Shown here: positions 13,515 to 24,286 of the stretch, one piece after another
Numbering within the stretch: position 1 is the first letter of the stretch
Layout: each line of letters opens with the position of its first letter
Source: Octopus vulgaris
Taxonomy: Eukaryota
Length of the DNA: 64,000 bases
Reading direction: 5' to 3'
Assembly (NCBI GenBank): GCA_951406725.2
Contig: OX597841.1
Location: 9,424,001 to 9,488,000, forward strand
Translations under genes and position numbers: made by a program
Notes under the pieces: generated by a model
Databases searched by the model: none
What the model was told of the DNA's origin: nothing
Seen by the model: the letters and a program-made list of their open reading frames with translations, nothing else

Positions 13515-14150
13515 GTGGATTCCCGGGAGGAGGTTTTGAGTGAGAAACCTGCCCGGGTAGTGATCCCAGGTGCAAGTTCTCCAACCGGCAGCAAGGGCCA
13601 TGGAGACGGAGAACCCGGTGAAGAGGTAGAGGGAGGAGGAAGAACTAAAAGAAGGACTGGAAGAGCTAAAGGAAAAGCTCAAGCAGGACCAAAGGGTGAA
13701 ACAACCAGGAATAGAAGTGGAACCGCAAAAGATGGAAACAAACAGCGCACACGGGTGTGTAGGTTCTACCTGAGAGGTTCCTGCTGGCATGGAAAGCAAG
13801 GTGCAGGCTGCCGCTTTGCACATCGGGGACCCTGCCACAGAGACACGAGGCAGATGGACAAACCATCAACACAAGGAAAAAGGATGGACCACGCACCACC
13901 TGCCCCAAAGCGGAGGTACGCAGATGTTGTGCGTGCCACAAACCGCCAACATGATGTTGTCGAAAGGGCAGCTGCTGAGCAACAATCTTTTTTGTGCATG
14001 GCACAAAAGATTGTACAGCAGCTGACCTGGCTTCATCAAACCCAAGCCCGCAGGTGGGACTACCCACTATATACAAGACCACCACAGCAAACAGACCCAG
14101 GATGGACACCGCCGGCAACAACGTACACCTCACCTCGATGCTCCTACTGA
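13515..14150 (+). CDS. LINE ORF1-like protein, CCCH finger (copy 3)
   Basis: 211-aa ORF upstream of and overlapping the EN ORF. Confidence 0.65.
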   Translation: MDSREEVLSEKPARVVIPGASSPTGSKGHGDGEPGEEVEGGGRTKRRTGRAKGKAQAGPKGETTRNRSGTAKDGNKQRTRVCRFYLRGSCWHGKQGAGCRFAHRGPCHRDTRQMDKPSTQGKRMDHAPPAPKRRYADVVRATNRQHDVVERAAAEQQSFLCMAQKIVQQLTWLHQTQARRWDYPLYTRPPQQTDPGWTPPATTYTSPRCSY

Positions 14151-14896
14151 ACATCAGAGGGCTGCAAACACTCAGTAACAGGACAAAAATCCCGTTCCTG
14201 AGAGACTTTGTTGCATGCAATCAAGCCTTATGCATAGCACTTACGGAAACGCACCTGAAACCGGACATAGCAGATGCGGAGTTACACATACCACAGTATG
14301 CTGTACTACGGACCGACAGAAAAGAAAGGAGTCATGGAGGTGTTGCTATGTACATCCGTGAGGACCTCACACCCCAGGTCCTCTTGTCATACTCAAACTC
14401 GGTGTGTGACACACTAATTGTACATATTAGGCAACTTGATGTAGTTGTGTGTGCTACATATCGCCCTCCAGATGCCCCAAGCCATGTGGGCAAGTTTGAA
14501 GACTGCCTTATAAAAATAGAAGAAGTTCTAACCACATTAGAACAACACATAAGTGTACTTCTTATGGGAGACTTCAATCTGCCCAGTGTCAGATGGCCCG
14601 AGGGCCTTTCTCTCCCAGGAATGACAAGATGTGAACGAGGACAGGCGAGGTCCCTCCTGAACCTCATCAACACCCTGTACATGGAGCAGGTAATACTCCA
14701 ACCAACCAGGGCAGGTAACACACTGGATCTCTGCTTCACAAATGACATGGATCTCATCCATAATGTGAAAGTGACACCGACACTACTCTCGGATCACAAC
14801 ATGATAGAGCTGACCAAAAGAGTACGGGCCAAAAGAGAGCACGGACATGCAGCCTACAAGAAACCCTCAGAATCTTTCCAGCTTGAACTACCATAA
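14102..14896 (+). pseudogene. APE endonuclease part of ORF2 (copy 3)
   Basis: ATG at 14102 (MDTAG); all APE motifs present. Confidence 0.9.
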
Positions 14897-15524
14897 GGCA
14901 AACTGGAAACAAATTGAGAAAGAGATCCTCAAACAAAACTCGCCTAAATGTCTCTCCTCGCCAGACATCGACGTGAAACTTCAACAATTCATGTCTGTAA
15001 TGCAAGCCATATGCTACAAATGTGTCCCAGAGAGAAAGGCCACTGTACACAAGAACAAAATCCCCAGAGAGAGGAAAATTTTAATGAGACGGCGTACAAA
15101 ATTTTCAAATCGCCTAAGCAAACAGATTGAAAGCAGTGAAAAGTCCCGCCTAAAAATAAAACTGTTGGAAATCGAAAAATGTCTGCAACTCTCTCATGAA
15201 AAAGAAAGAGCAGACAAAGAAGCCTGGGCTATAGACAACATAAAATCTAACCCCAGAGCTTTCTACATGTATGCCAAAGAAACAGCTACGGTGCACTGTA
15301 GAATAGGGCCACTCCTCGAAAAGGATGGCACACTTACAGGAAAACCAATGAGGGTAAGTGAAATACTGAATGAGCAATTCAAGAGTGTTTTCACTCCACC
15401 CCTTGGGCATCTCCAAATCACCAATCCAACTGACTTTTTTTACCACTGCAGATATAAAATCAGAGGCGGCGACGATAGATTACATCGATATAAAGGAAGA
15501 CGATGTAATCAAGGCTATAGATGA
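14847..15524 (+). pseudogene. ORF2 linker between EN and RT (copy 3; equivalents at 3059, 9181, 20511, 26955, 32614, 38273, 43934)
   Basis: LNYHKANW...IKSNPRAFY...IGPL...EILNEQFKSVFT is typical of the CR1-group EN-RT linker. Confidence 0.85.
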
Positions 15525-17103
15525 AATGAAAACAGACTCAGCTACTGGCCCCGATGGATTCCCGGCAATCCTCCTAAAAGCATGTAAGAGAGTCCTAGCA
15601 AGACCACTGCAGTTCCTCTTTCAGAGCTTCCTTGCAGCTGGCAAACTTCCAAGAAAACTGAAGGAAGGTAAAATATGCCCCATTCATAAAGGAGGTAGCA
15701 GAGCGGAAGCCAAGAACTACAGACCTATCTCTCTGACCTCACACATCAGCAAGGTCATGGAACGAATAGTCAGAAGGAAGCTGATCACCTTCCTTGAAGA
15801 GAATGACTTGCTGCCCGACACCCAACATGGTTTCCGACCAGGGAGAAGCTGTTTAACTCAGCTCCTACAACACTATGACTGGGTGCTGAAACGGCTGCTC
15901 AACCACTCAAATGTGGAAGTGATATATCTCGACTTTGCAAAGGCCTTTGATAAAGTCGATCATGGAATGATATGTCACAAACTGCGTGATCTCAACATAG
16001 TTGGAAAACTGGGAGAATGGCTCCATGACTTTCTGAAAGATAGAAGTCAGGTGGTAGTAGCCAATGGGGCCACTTCCATTAACACGCAAATAGTGAGCGG
16101 TGTCCCGCAGGGCACTGTTCTGGGACCACTACTGTTCATAATGGCCCTCTCAGACATGCCCTCAGCCACGCAGAGAGCCACGATCACAAGTTATGCAGAT
16201 GATACAAAAGTTTCACAGGCAATACAGAACCCTGAGGACACTAAGCACCTGCAATGTGAGCTGGACAAAATATACAAGTGGGCTGAAAAGAATAGCATGC
16301 AGTTCAATGCTGAAAAGTTTCAAGCTCTATACTATCAGCATGCAAAACTAAATGCAATACCCAATGAATACACCGGACCCGGAGGAATAGCAATCCCAGA
16401 GGCACAATCAGTGCGTGACCTAGGTATTTACATGAGTGATGACGCGACCTTTCGTGTACATGTTGCTAAATTGGCAATGAAATGTAGAAGACTGGCCGGA
16501 TGGATCCTCAGAACCTTTAGAACAAGAGAACAAGAAACCATGATGGTCCTCTGGAGGACACTTGTCCTAAGCCACTTTGACTACTGCTCTCAGTTATGGT
16601 CACCATCCAGTGTCAAGTTGATCACAGAGCTCGAGGCGATCCAACGTAGCTACACGAAGAAGATAGCCTCTATGCAGAATGTAAGCTACTGGGAAAGACT
16701 GAAGAGATTAAAACTGTATTCCCTGGAGCGTAGGCGGGAAAGATATGCCATAATATACATCTGGAAGATCCTGGAGGGACGTGTCCTAAACTTTGGCATC
16801 GAGAGTTACGCAAATGCCAGAACTGGGCGCCACTGCGTGGTGCCTAGGACTCCAAACTCGCCATCAAGATGTAGGACAAGATTCTGTGATAGCCTGGGCT
16901 TCCGAGGCCCACAGCTCTTCAATATCCTCCCGAAGAACCTGAGAGACCTGCATGGGGTGGATGCAGATGTCTTTAAAATGAAACTGGATCTCTTCCTGTC
17001 AGGTGTCCCAGATGAACCAACTTCACGGCAGGAGGTGCAGATGAGGGCAGCTGCATCGAACTCTCTCATGCACCAAATGGCAGTTGCTAAAAAGCTTTCG
17101 TGA
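15370..17103 (+). CDS. Non-LTR reverse transcriptase, 577-aa open frame (copy 3)
   Basis: GPDG, NYRPISL, QHGFRPGRS, YLDFAKAFDKV, GVPQGTVLGPLLF, YADD, RDLGI. Confidence 0.93.
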   Translation: MSNSRVFSLHPLGISKSPIQLTFFTTADIKSEAATIDYIDIKEDDVIKAIDEMKTDSATGPDGFPAILLKACKRVLARPLQFLFQSFLAAGKLPRKLKEGKICPIHKGGSRAEAKNYRPISLTSHISKVMERIVRRKLITFLEENDLLPDTQHGFRPGRSCLTQLLQHYDWVLKRLLNHSNVEVIYLDFAKAFDKVDHGMICHKLRDLNIVGKLGEWLHDFLKDRSQVVVANGATSINTQIVSGVPQGTVLGPLLFIMALSDMPSATQRATITSYADDTKVSQAIQNPEDTKHLQCELDKIYKWAEKNSMQFNAEKFQALYYQHAKLNAIPNEYTGPGGIAIPEAQSVRDLGIYMSDDATFRVHVAKLAMKCRRLAGWILRTFRTREQETMMVLWRTLVLSHFDYCSQLWSPSSVKLITELEAIQRSYTKKIASMQNVSYWERLKRLKLYSLERRRERYAIIYIWKILEGRVLNFGIESYANARTGRHCVVPRTPNSPSRCRTRFCDSLGFRGPQLFNILPKNLRDLHGVDADVFKMKLDLFLSGVPDEPTSRQEVQMRAAASNSLMHQMAVAKKLS

Positions 17104-17218
17104 AGTAAAACCAAGTAGCAACACCAAATGGCGGTGCCCCAGCATGGCCACAGCTCATAAGCTGAAACTAGAATCAATCGATCAATCAATCAATCATGTC
17201 TCCAAAAAAGATTTTTCG

Positions 17219-17393
17219 TTTCATGTTCGTCTCTGTTGCGTTGCATTCTTTCCTTCTGTGGCTGGCTGATTCGGAGCGGATCTCAGAATTGAACGGCCGA
17301 AATCTGCGATGAGGGATCAGTTTCTGACTGAAGAATGAAGGCTTTGAATGACCCGTTTGTCTTTTTGTTCGTCCCTTCGTGTATTTCACGTTA
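17219..17393 (+). repeat. Module B, 175-bp direct repeat 3' of each LINE (others at 5856, 11553, 22883, 29327, 34984, 40644, 46305; partial at 49277)
   Basis: Same sequence as A, with alleles ATTGAACGGCC and CTGAAGAATG. Separated from the LINE tail by TGTCTCCAAAAAAGATTTTTCG. Confidence 0.95.
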
Positions 17394-17411
17394 TTTATTT
17401 ATGTAAATGTT

Positions 17412-17455
<44 letters not shown>

Positions 17456-18193
17456 ATGTATGTATATATGTATGTATGTATGTATGTATATATATATATG
17501 TGTGTATGTATATATATATGTGTGTGTGTGTGTATATATATATATGTGTGTGTGTGTATGTATATATGTGTGTGTATGTATATATGTATGTGTGTGTGTA
17601 TGTATATATATATATGTGTGTATGTATATATATGTGTGTTTGTGTGTGTATGTATATATATGTGTGTGTGTGTGTGTAAGTATATATATGTGTGTTTGTG
17701 TGTGTGTGTATGTATATATGTGTGTGTGTGTGTATGTATATATATGTGTGTGTGTGCATGTATATATATGTGTGTGTGTATGTGTATATATGCGTGTGTG
17801 TATGTATATATATATATATATGTTATTATTTATTTATCTAAAGGCTTATTATATACATATATATATATATGTGTGTGTGTGTATATATATATATATATGT
17901 TATTATTTATTTATCTAAAGGTTTATTATATACATATATATATATATGTGTGTATGTATATATATGTGTGTGTGTATGTGTATATATATATATATATGTG
18001 TTATTATTTAATTATCTAAAAGTTATTATATACATATATATATATATGTATGTGTGTATGTATATATGTGTGTGTGTGTGTATGTATATATGTTTGTGTG
18101 TGCATGTATATATATGTGTGTGTGTATGTATATATATATATATATGTTATTATTTATTTATCCAAAGGTTTATTATATACATATATATATATA

Positions 18194-18224
<31 letters not shown>

Positions 18225-18433
18225 GTTATTATTTATTTATCTAAAGGTTTATTATATACATATATATATATATGTATGTGTGTATGTATATATATGTGTG
18301 TGTGTATGTATATATATATATATATATGTTATTATTTATTTATGTAAAGGTTTATTATATACATATATATATATATGTATGTGTGTATGTATATATATGT
18401 GTGTGTGTGTATGTATATATATGTGTGTGTGTG
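17394..18433. repeat. Complex (TA)n/(TG)n spacer with six ~30-bp GTTATTATTTATTTATCTAAAGGTTTATT-type motifs (one spacer per unit)
   Basis: Motifs at 17822, 17899, 18000, 18146, 18225 and 18328. Confidence 0.93.
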
Positions 18434-19178
18434 TTTCATGTTCGTCTCTGTTGCGTTGCATTCTTTCCTTCTGTGGCTGGCTGATTCGGAGCGGATCTCA
18501 GAATTAAACAGCCGAAATCTGCGATGAGGGATCAGTTTCTGACTGAGGATGAAGGCTTTGAATGACCCGTTTGTCTTTTTGTTCGTCCCTTCGTGTATTT
18601 CACGTTAGTTATTTATGTAAAGGTTTATTATATATTTCGCAGCGTACGTGCATAATAACTTCTTTATGTTTATCATATCAAAACCCCTGCACGATGTCTT
18701 TAAACTATTTTCTTTCCTTCGCCATTGCTTCGTTGCCAAATTGTTTTGGCGCCTTTTTCTCCCAGCCTCTCTGATTCCTTCTCTCCCTCTCTCTCTTGAT
18801 CACTGCTTCTTCTCTGATTCCTTCTCTCCCTCTCTCTCTCTCGGTCACTGCTTCTGTCCTCGCCTTCTACCCTCCTTGGTCCCCTCTCTCTCTTAGCCCC
18901 TCCTCTCTCTTACCCTCTTGCGACTTGCTGCCTCAGCCATTCTCTTTCCATCGGCCACTTGTTCAACATGTGTCTTATCACCGAAAAGGTAATTATTTTT
19001 CCACGCTTGCTGATATTGTTTTTGTGTCTCTCTTTTTGTGTTAAAGCCATAGGGCGCCTGTGTCATCCATGTTTTTAACCGTTACCGGTCGCACATTGGC
19101 GCACTTGATGCCATCTTTGAGAACGAGCGGGGCAAAGATGGCAAGAATGGAGACGATGAAAGAAGTCACCCCCACCTG

Positions 19179-19814
19179 GTGGATTCCCGGGAGGAGGTTT
19201 TGAGTGAGAAACCTGCCCGGGAAGTGATCCCAGGTGCAAGTTCTCCAACCGGCAGCAAGGGCCATGGAGACGGAGAACCCGGTGAAGAGGTAGAGGGAGG
19301 AGGAAGAACTAAAAGAAGGACTGGAAGAGCTAAAGGAAAAGCTCAAGCAGGACCAAAGGGTGAAACAACCAGGAATAGAAGTGGAACCGCAAAAGATGGA
19401 AACAAACAGCGCACACGGGTGTGTAGGTTCTACCTGAGAGGTTCCTGCTGGCATGGAAAGCAAGGTGCAGGCTGCCGCTTTGCACATCGGGGACCCTGCC
19501 ACAGAGACACGAGGCAGATGGACAAACCATCAACACAAGGAAAAAGGATGGACCACGCACCACCTGCCCCAAAGCGGAGGTACGCAGATGTTGTGCGTGC
19601 CACAAACCGCCAACATGATGTTGTCGAAAGGGCAGCTGCTGAGCAACAATCTTTTTTGTGCATGGCACAAAAGATTGTACAGCAGCTGACCTGGCTTCAT
19701 CAAACCCAAGCCCGCAGGTGGGACTACCCACTATATACAAGACCACCACAGCAAACAGACCCAGGATGGACACCGCCGGCAACAACGTACACCTCACCTC
19801 GATGCTCCTACTGA
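19179..19814 (+). CDS. LINE ORF1-like protein, CCCH finger (copy 4)
   Basis: As copy 3. Confidence 0.65.
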   Translation: MDSREEVLSEKPAREVIPGASSPTGSKGHGDGEPGEEVEGGGRTKRRTGRAKGKAQAGPKGETTRNRSGTAKDGNKQRTRVCRFYLRGSCWHGKQGAGCRFAHRGPCHRDTRQMDKPSTQGKRMDHAPPAPKRRYADVVRATNRQHDVVERAAAEQQSFLCMAQKIVQQLTWLHQTQARRWDYPLYTRPPQQTDPGWTPPATTYTSPRCSY

Positions 19815-20560
19815 ACATCAGAGGGCTGCAAACACTCAGTAACAGGACAAAAATCCCGTTCCTGAGAGACTTTGTTGCATGCAATCAAGCCTTATGCATA
19901 GCACTTACGGAAACGCACCTGAAACCGGACATAGCAGATGCGGAGTTACACATACCACAGTATGCTGTACTACGGACCGACAGAAAAGAAAGGAGTCATG
20001 GAGGTGTTGCTATGTACATCCGTGAGGACCTCACACCCCAGGTCCTCTTGTCATACTCAAACTCGGTGTGTGACACACTAATTGTACATATTAGGCAACT
20101 TGATGTAGTTGTGTGTGCTACATATCGCCCTCCAGATGCCCCAAGCCATGTGGGCAAGTTTGAAGACTGCCTTATAAAAATAGAAGAAGTTCTAACCACA
20201 TTAGAACAACACATAAGTGTACTTCTTATGGGAGACTTCAATCTGCCCAGTGTCAGATGGCCCGAGGGCCTTTCTCTCCCAGGAATGACAAGATGTGAAC
20301 GAGGACAGGCGAGGTCCCTCCTGAACCTCATCAACACCCTGTACATGGAGCAGGTAATACTCCAACCAACCAGGGCAGGTAACACACTGGATCTCTGCTT
20401 CACAAATGACATGGATCTCATCCATAATGTGAAAGTGACACCGACACTACTCTCGGATCACAACATGATAGAGCTGACCAAAAGAGTACGGGCCAAAAGA
20501 GAGCACGGACATGCAGCCTACAAGAAACCCTCAGAATCTTTCCAGCTTGAACTACCATAA
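19766..20560 (+). pseudogene. APE endonuclease part of ORF2 (copy 4)
   Basis: As copy 3. Confidence 0.9.
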
Positions 20561-21033
20561 GGCAAACTGGAAACAAATTGAGAAAGAGATCCTCAAACAA
20601 AACTGGCCTAAATGTCTCTCCTCGCCAGACATCGACGTGAAACTTCAACAATTCATGTCTGTAATGCAAGCCATATGCTACAAATGTGTCCCAGAGAGAA
20701 AGGCCACTGTACACAAGAACAAAATCCCCAGAGAGAGGAAAATTTTAATGAGACGGCGTACAAAATTTTCAAATCGCCTAAGCAAACAGATTGAAAGCAG
20801 TGAAAAGTCCCGCCTAAAAATAAAACTGTTGGAAATCGAAAAATGTCTGCAACTCTCTCATGAAAAAGAAAGAGCAGACAAAGAAGCCTGGGCTATAGAC
20901 AACATAAAATCTAACCCCAGAGCTTTCTACAGGTATGCCAAAGAAACAGCTACGGTGCACTGTAGAATAGGGCCACTCCTCGAAAAGGATGGCACACTTA
21001 CAGGAAAACCAATGAGGGTAAGTGAAATACTGA

Positions 21034-22767
21034 ATGAGCAATTCAAGAGTGTTTTCACTCCACCCCTTGGGCATCTCCAAATCACCAATCCAACTGACTT
21101 TTTTTACCACTGCAGATATAAAATCAGAGGCGGCGACGATAGATTACATCGATATAAAGGAAGACGATGTAATCAAGGCTATAGATGAAATGAAAACAGA
21201 CTCAGCTACTGGCCCCGATGGATTCCCGGCAATCCTCCTAAAAGCATGTAAGAGAGTCCTAGCAAGACCACTGCAGTTCCTCTTTCAGAGCTTCCTTGCA
21301 GCTGGCAAACTTCCAAGAAAACTGAAGGAAGGTAAAATATGCCCCATTCATAAAGGAGGTAGCAGAGCGGAAGCCAAGAACTACAGACCTATCTCTCTGA
21401 CCTCACACATCAGCAAGGTCATGGAACGAATAGTCAGAAGGAAGCTGATCACCTTCCTTGAAGAGAATGACTTGCTGCCCGACACCCAACATGGTTTCCG
21501 ACCAGGGAGAAGCTGTTTAACTCAGCTCCTACAACACTATGACTGGGTGCTGAAACGGCTGCTCAACCACTCAAATGTGGAAGTGATATATCTCGACTTT
21601 GCAAAGGCCTTTGATAAAGTCGATCATGGAATGATATGTCACAAACTGCGTGATCTCAACATAGTTGGAAAACTGGGAGAATGGCTCCATGACTTTCTGA
21701 AAGATAGAAGTCAGGTGGTAGTAGCCAATGGGGCCACTTCCATTAACACGCAAATAGTGAGCGGTGTCCCGCAGGGCACTGTTCTGGGACCACTACTGTT
21801 CATAATGGCCCTCTCAGACATGCCCTCAGCCACGCAGAGAGCCACGATCACAAGTTATGCAGATGATACAAAAGTTTCACAGGCAATACAGAACCCTGAG
21901 GACACTAAGCACCTGCAATGTGAGCTGGACAAAATATACAAGTGGGCTGAAAAGAATAGCATGCAGTTCAATGCTGAAAAGTTTCAAGCTCTATACTATC
22001 AGCATGCAAAACTAAATGCAATACCCAATGAATACACCGGACCCGGAGGAATAGCAATCCCAGAGGCACAATCAGTGCGTGACCTAGGTATTTACATGAG
22101 TGATGACGCGACCTTTCGTGTACATGTTGCTAAATTGGCAATGAAATGTAGAAGACTGGCCGGATGGATCCTCAGAACCTTTAGAACAAGAGAACAAGAA
22201 ACCATGATGGTCCTCTGGAGGACACTTGTCCTAAGCCACTTTGACTACTGCTCTCAGTTATGGTCACCATCCAGTGTCAAGTTGATCACAGAGCTCGAGG
22301 CGATCCAACGTAGCTACACGAAGAAGATAGCCTCTATGCAGAATGTAAGCTACTGGGAAAGACTGAAGAGATTAAAACTGTATTCCCTGGAGCGTAGGCG
22401 GGAAAGATATGCCATAATATACATCTGGAAGATCCTGGAGGGACGTGTCCTAAACTTTGGCATCGAGAGTTACGCAAATGCCAGAACTGGGCGCCACTGC
22501 GTGGTGCCTAGGACTCCAAACTCGCCATCAAGATGTAGGACAAGATTCTGTGATAGCCTGGGCTTCCGAGGCCCACAGCTCTTCAATATCCTCCCGAAGA
22601 ACCTGAGAGACCTGCATGGGGTGGATGCAGATGTCTTTAAAATGAAACTGGATCTCTTCCTGTCAGGTGTCCCAGATGAACCAACTTCACGGCAGGAGGT
22701 GCAGATGAGGGCAGCTGCATCGAACTCTCTCATGCACCAAATGGCAGTTGCTAAAAAGCTTTCGTGA
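21034..22767 (+). CDS. Non-LTR reverse transcriptase (copy 4)
   Basis: Same 577-aa ORF. Confidence 0.93.
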   Translation: MSNSRVFSLHPLGISKSPIQLTFFTTADIKSEAATIDYIDIKEDDVIKAIDEMKTDSATGPDGFPAILLKACKRVLARPLQFLFQSFLAAGKLPRKLKEGKICPIHKGGSRAEAKNYRPISLTSHISKVMERIVRRKLITFLEENDLLPDTQHGFRPGRSCLTQLLQHYDWVLKRLLNHSNVEVIYLDFAKAFDKVDHGMICHKLRDLNIVGKLGEWLHDFLKDRSQVVVANGATSINTQIVSGVPQGTVLGPLLFIMALSDMPSATQRATITSYADDTKVSQAIQNPEDTKHLQCELDKIYKWAEKNSMQFNAEKFQALYYQHAKLNAIPNEYTGPGGIAIPEAQSVRDLGIYMSDDATFRVHVAKLAMKCRRLAGWILRTFRTREQETMMVLWRTLVLSHFDYCSQLWSPSSVKLITELEAIQRSYTKKIASMQNVSYWERLKRLKLYSLERRRERYAIIYIWKILEGRVLNFGIESYANARTGRHCVVPRTPNSPSRCRTRFCDSLGFRGPQLFNILPKNLRDLHGVDADVFKMKLDLFLSGVPDEPTSRQEVQMRAAASNSLMHQMAVAKKLS

Positions 22768-23075
22768 AGTAAAACCAAGTAGCAACACCAAATGGCGGTG
22801 CCCCAGCATGGCCACAGCTCATAAGCTGAAACTAGAATCAATCGATCAATCAATCAATCATGTCTCCAAAAAAGATTTTTCGTTTCATGTTCGTCTCTGT
22901 TGCGTTGCATTCTTTCCTTCTGTGGCTGGCTGATTCGGAGCGGATCTCAGAATTGAACGGCCGAAATCTGCGATGAGGGATCAGTTTCTGACTGAAGAAT
23001 GAAGGCTTTGAATGACCCGTTTGTCTTTTTGTTCGTCCCTTCGTGTATTTCACGTTATTTATTTATGTAAATGTT

Positions 23076-23117
<42 letters not shown>

Positions 23118-24015
23118 ATGTATGTATATATGTATGTATGTATGTATGTATATATATATATGTGTGTATGTATATATATATGTGTGTGTGTATGTATATA
23201 TATATATGTGTGTGTGTGTATGTATATATGTGTGTGTATGTATATATGTATGTGTGTGTGTATGTATATATATATATGTGTGTATGTATATATATGTGTG
23301 TTTGTGTGTGTATGTATATATATGTGTGTGTGTGTGTGTAAGTATATATATGTGTGTTTGTGTGTGTGTGTATGTATATATGTGTGTGTGTGTGTATGTA
23401 TATATATGTGTGTGTGTGCATGTATATATATGTGTGTGTGTATGTGTATATATGCGTGTGTGTATGTATATATATATATATATGTTATTATTTATTTATC
23501 TAAAGGCTTATTATATACATATATATATATATGTGTGTGTGTGTATATATATATATATATGTTATTATTTATTTATCTAAAGGTTTATTATATACATATA
23601 TATATATATGTGTGTATGTATATATATGTGTGTGTGTATGTGTATATATATATATATATGTGTTATTATTTAATTATCTAAAAGTTATTATATACATATA
23701 TATATATATGTATGTGTGTATGTATATATGTGTGTGTGTGTGTATGTATATATGTTTGTGTGTGCATGTATATATATGTGTGTGTGTATGTATATATATA
23801 TATATATGTTATTATTTATTTATCAAAGGTTTATTATATACATATATATATATATATTATGTGTGTATGTATATATATGTGTGTGTGTATGTATATATAT
23901 ATATATATATGTTATTATTTATTTATGTAAAGGTTTATTATATACATATATATATATAGTATGTGTGTATGTATATATATGTGTGTGTGTGTATGTATAT
24001 ATATGTGTGTGTGTG

Positions 24016-24189
24016 TTTCATGTTCGTCTCTGTTGCGTTGCATTCTTTCCTTCTGTGGCTGGCTGATTCGGAGCGGATCTCAGAATTGAACAGCCGAAAT
24101 CTGCGATGAGGGATCAGTTTCTGACTGAGGATGAAGGCTTTGAATGACCCGTTTGTCTTTTTGTTCGTCCCTTCGTGTATTTCACGTTA
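24016..24189 (+). repeat. Solo module (A/B mosaic) with no LINE
   Basis: A-type left flank, B-type right flank, mixed internal alleles. Confidence 0.9.
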
Positions 24190-24255
24190 TTTATTTATGT
24201 AAATGTTTATTATATATATATATATATTATATATATATATATATGTGTATGTATG

Positions 24256-24286
<31 letters not shown>

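Larger units (their letters stand above)
12970..17196 (+). mobile_element. CR1-group LINE, array copy 3
   Basis: ORF1/EN/linker/577-aa RT and (ATCA)n tail. Confidence 0.93.
18636..22860 (+). mobile_element. CR1-group LINE, array copy 4
   Basis: Same organisation as copy 3. Confidence 0.93.

Noticed and set aside
15435-15442. HIV-like UUUUUUA -1 frameshift signal
   Set aside because: Joining the linker to RT needs +1, not -1.
13377-16089. Recurrent antisense ORFs (153, 184, 141, 98 and 60 aa)
   Set aside because: Shadows of the sense ORFs; they recur only because the unit is duplicated.
12768-17393. LTR retrotransposon or DIRS element
   Set aside because: No gag, protease, RNase H, integrase or tyrosine recombinase, no TG...CA termini, and no evident PBS/PPT. 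The internal part is an APE-RT LINE with its own tail.
17822-18360. CRISPR-like repeat-spacer appearance
   Set aside because: Spacers are microsatellite rather than unique sequence, there are no cas genes, and the context is eukaryotic.
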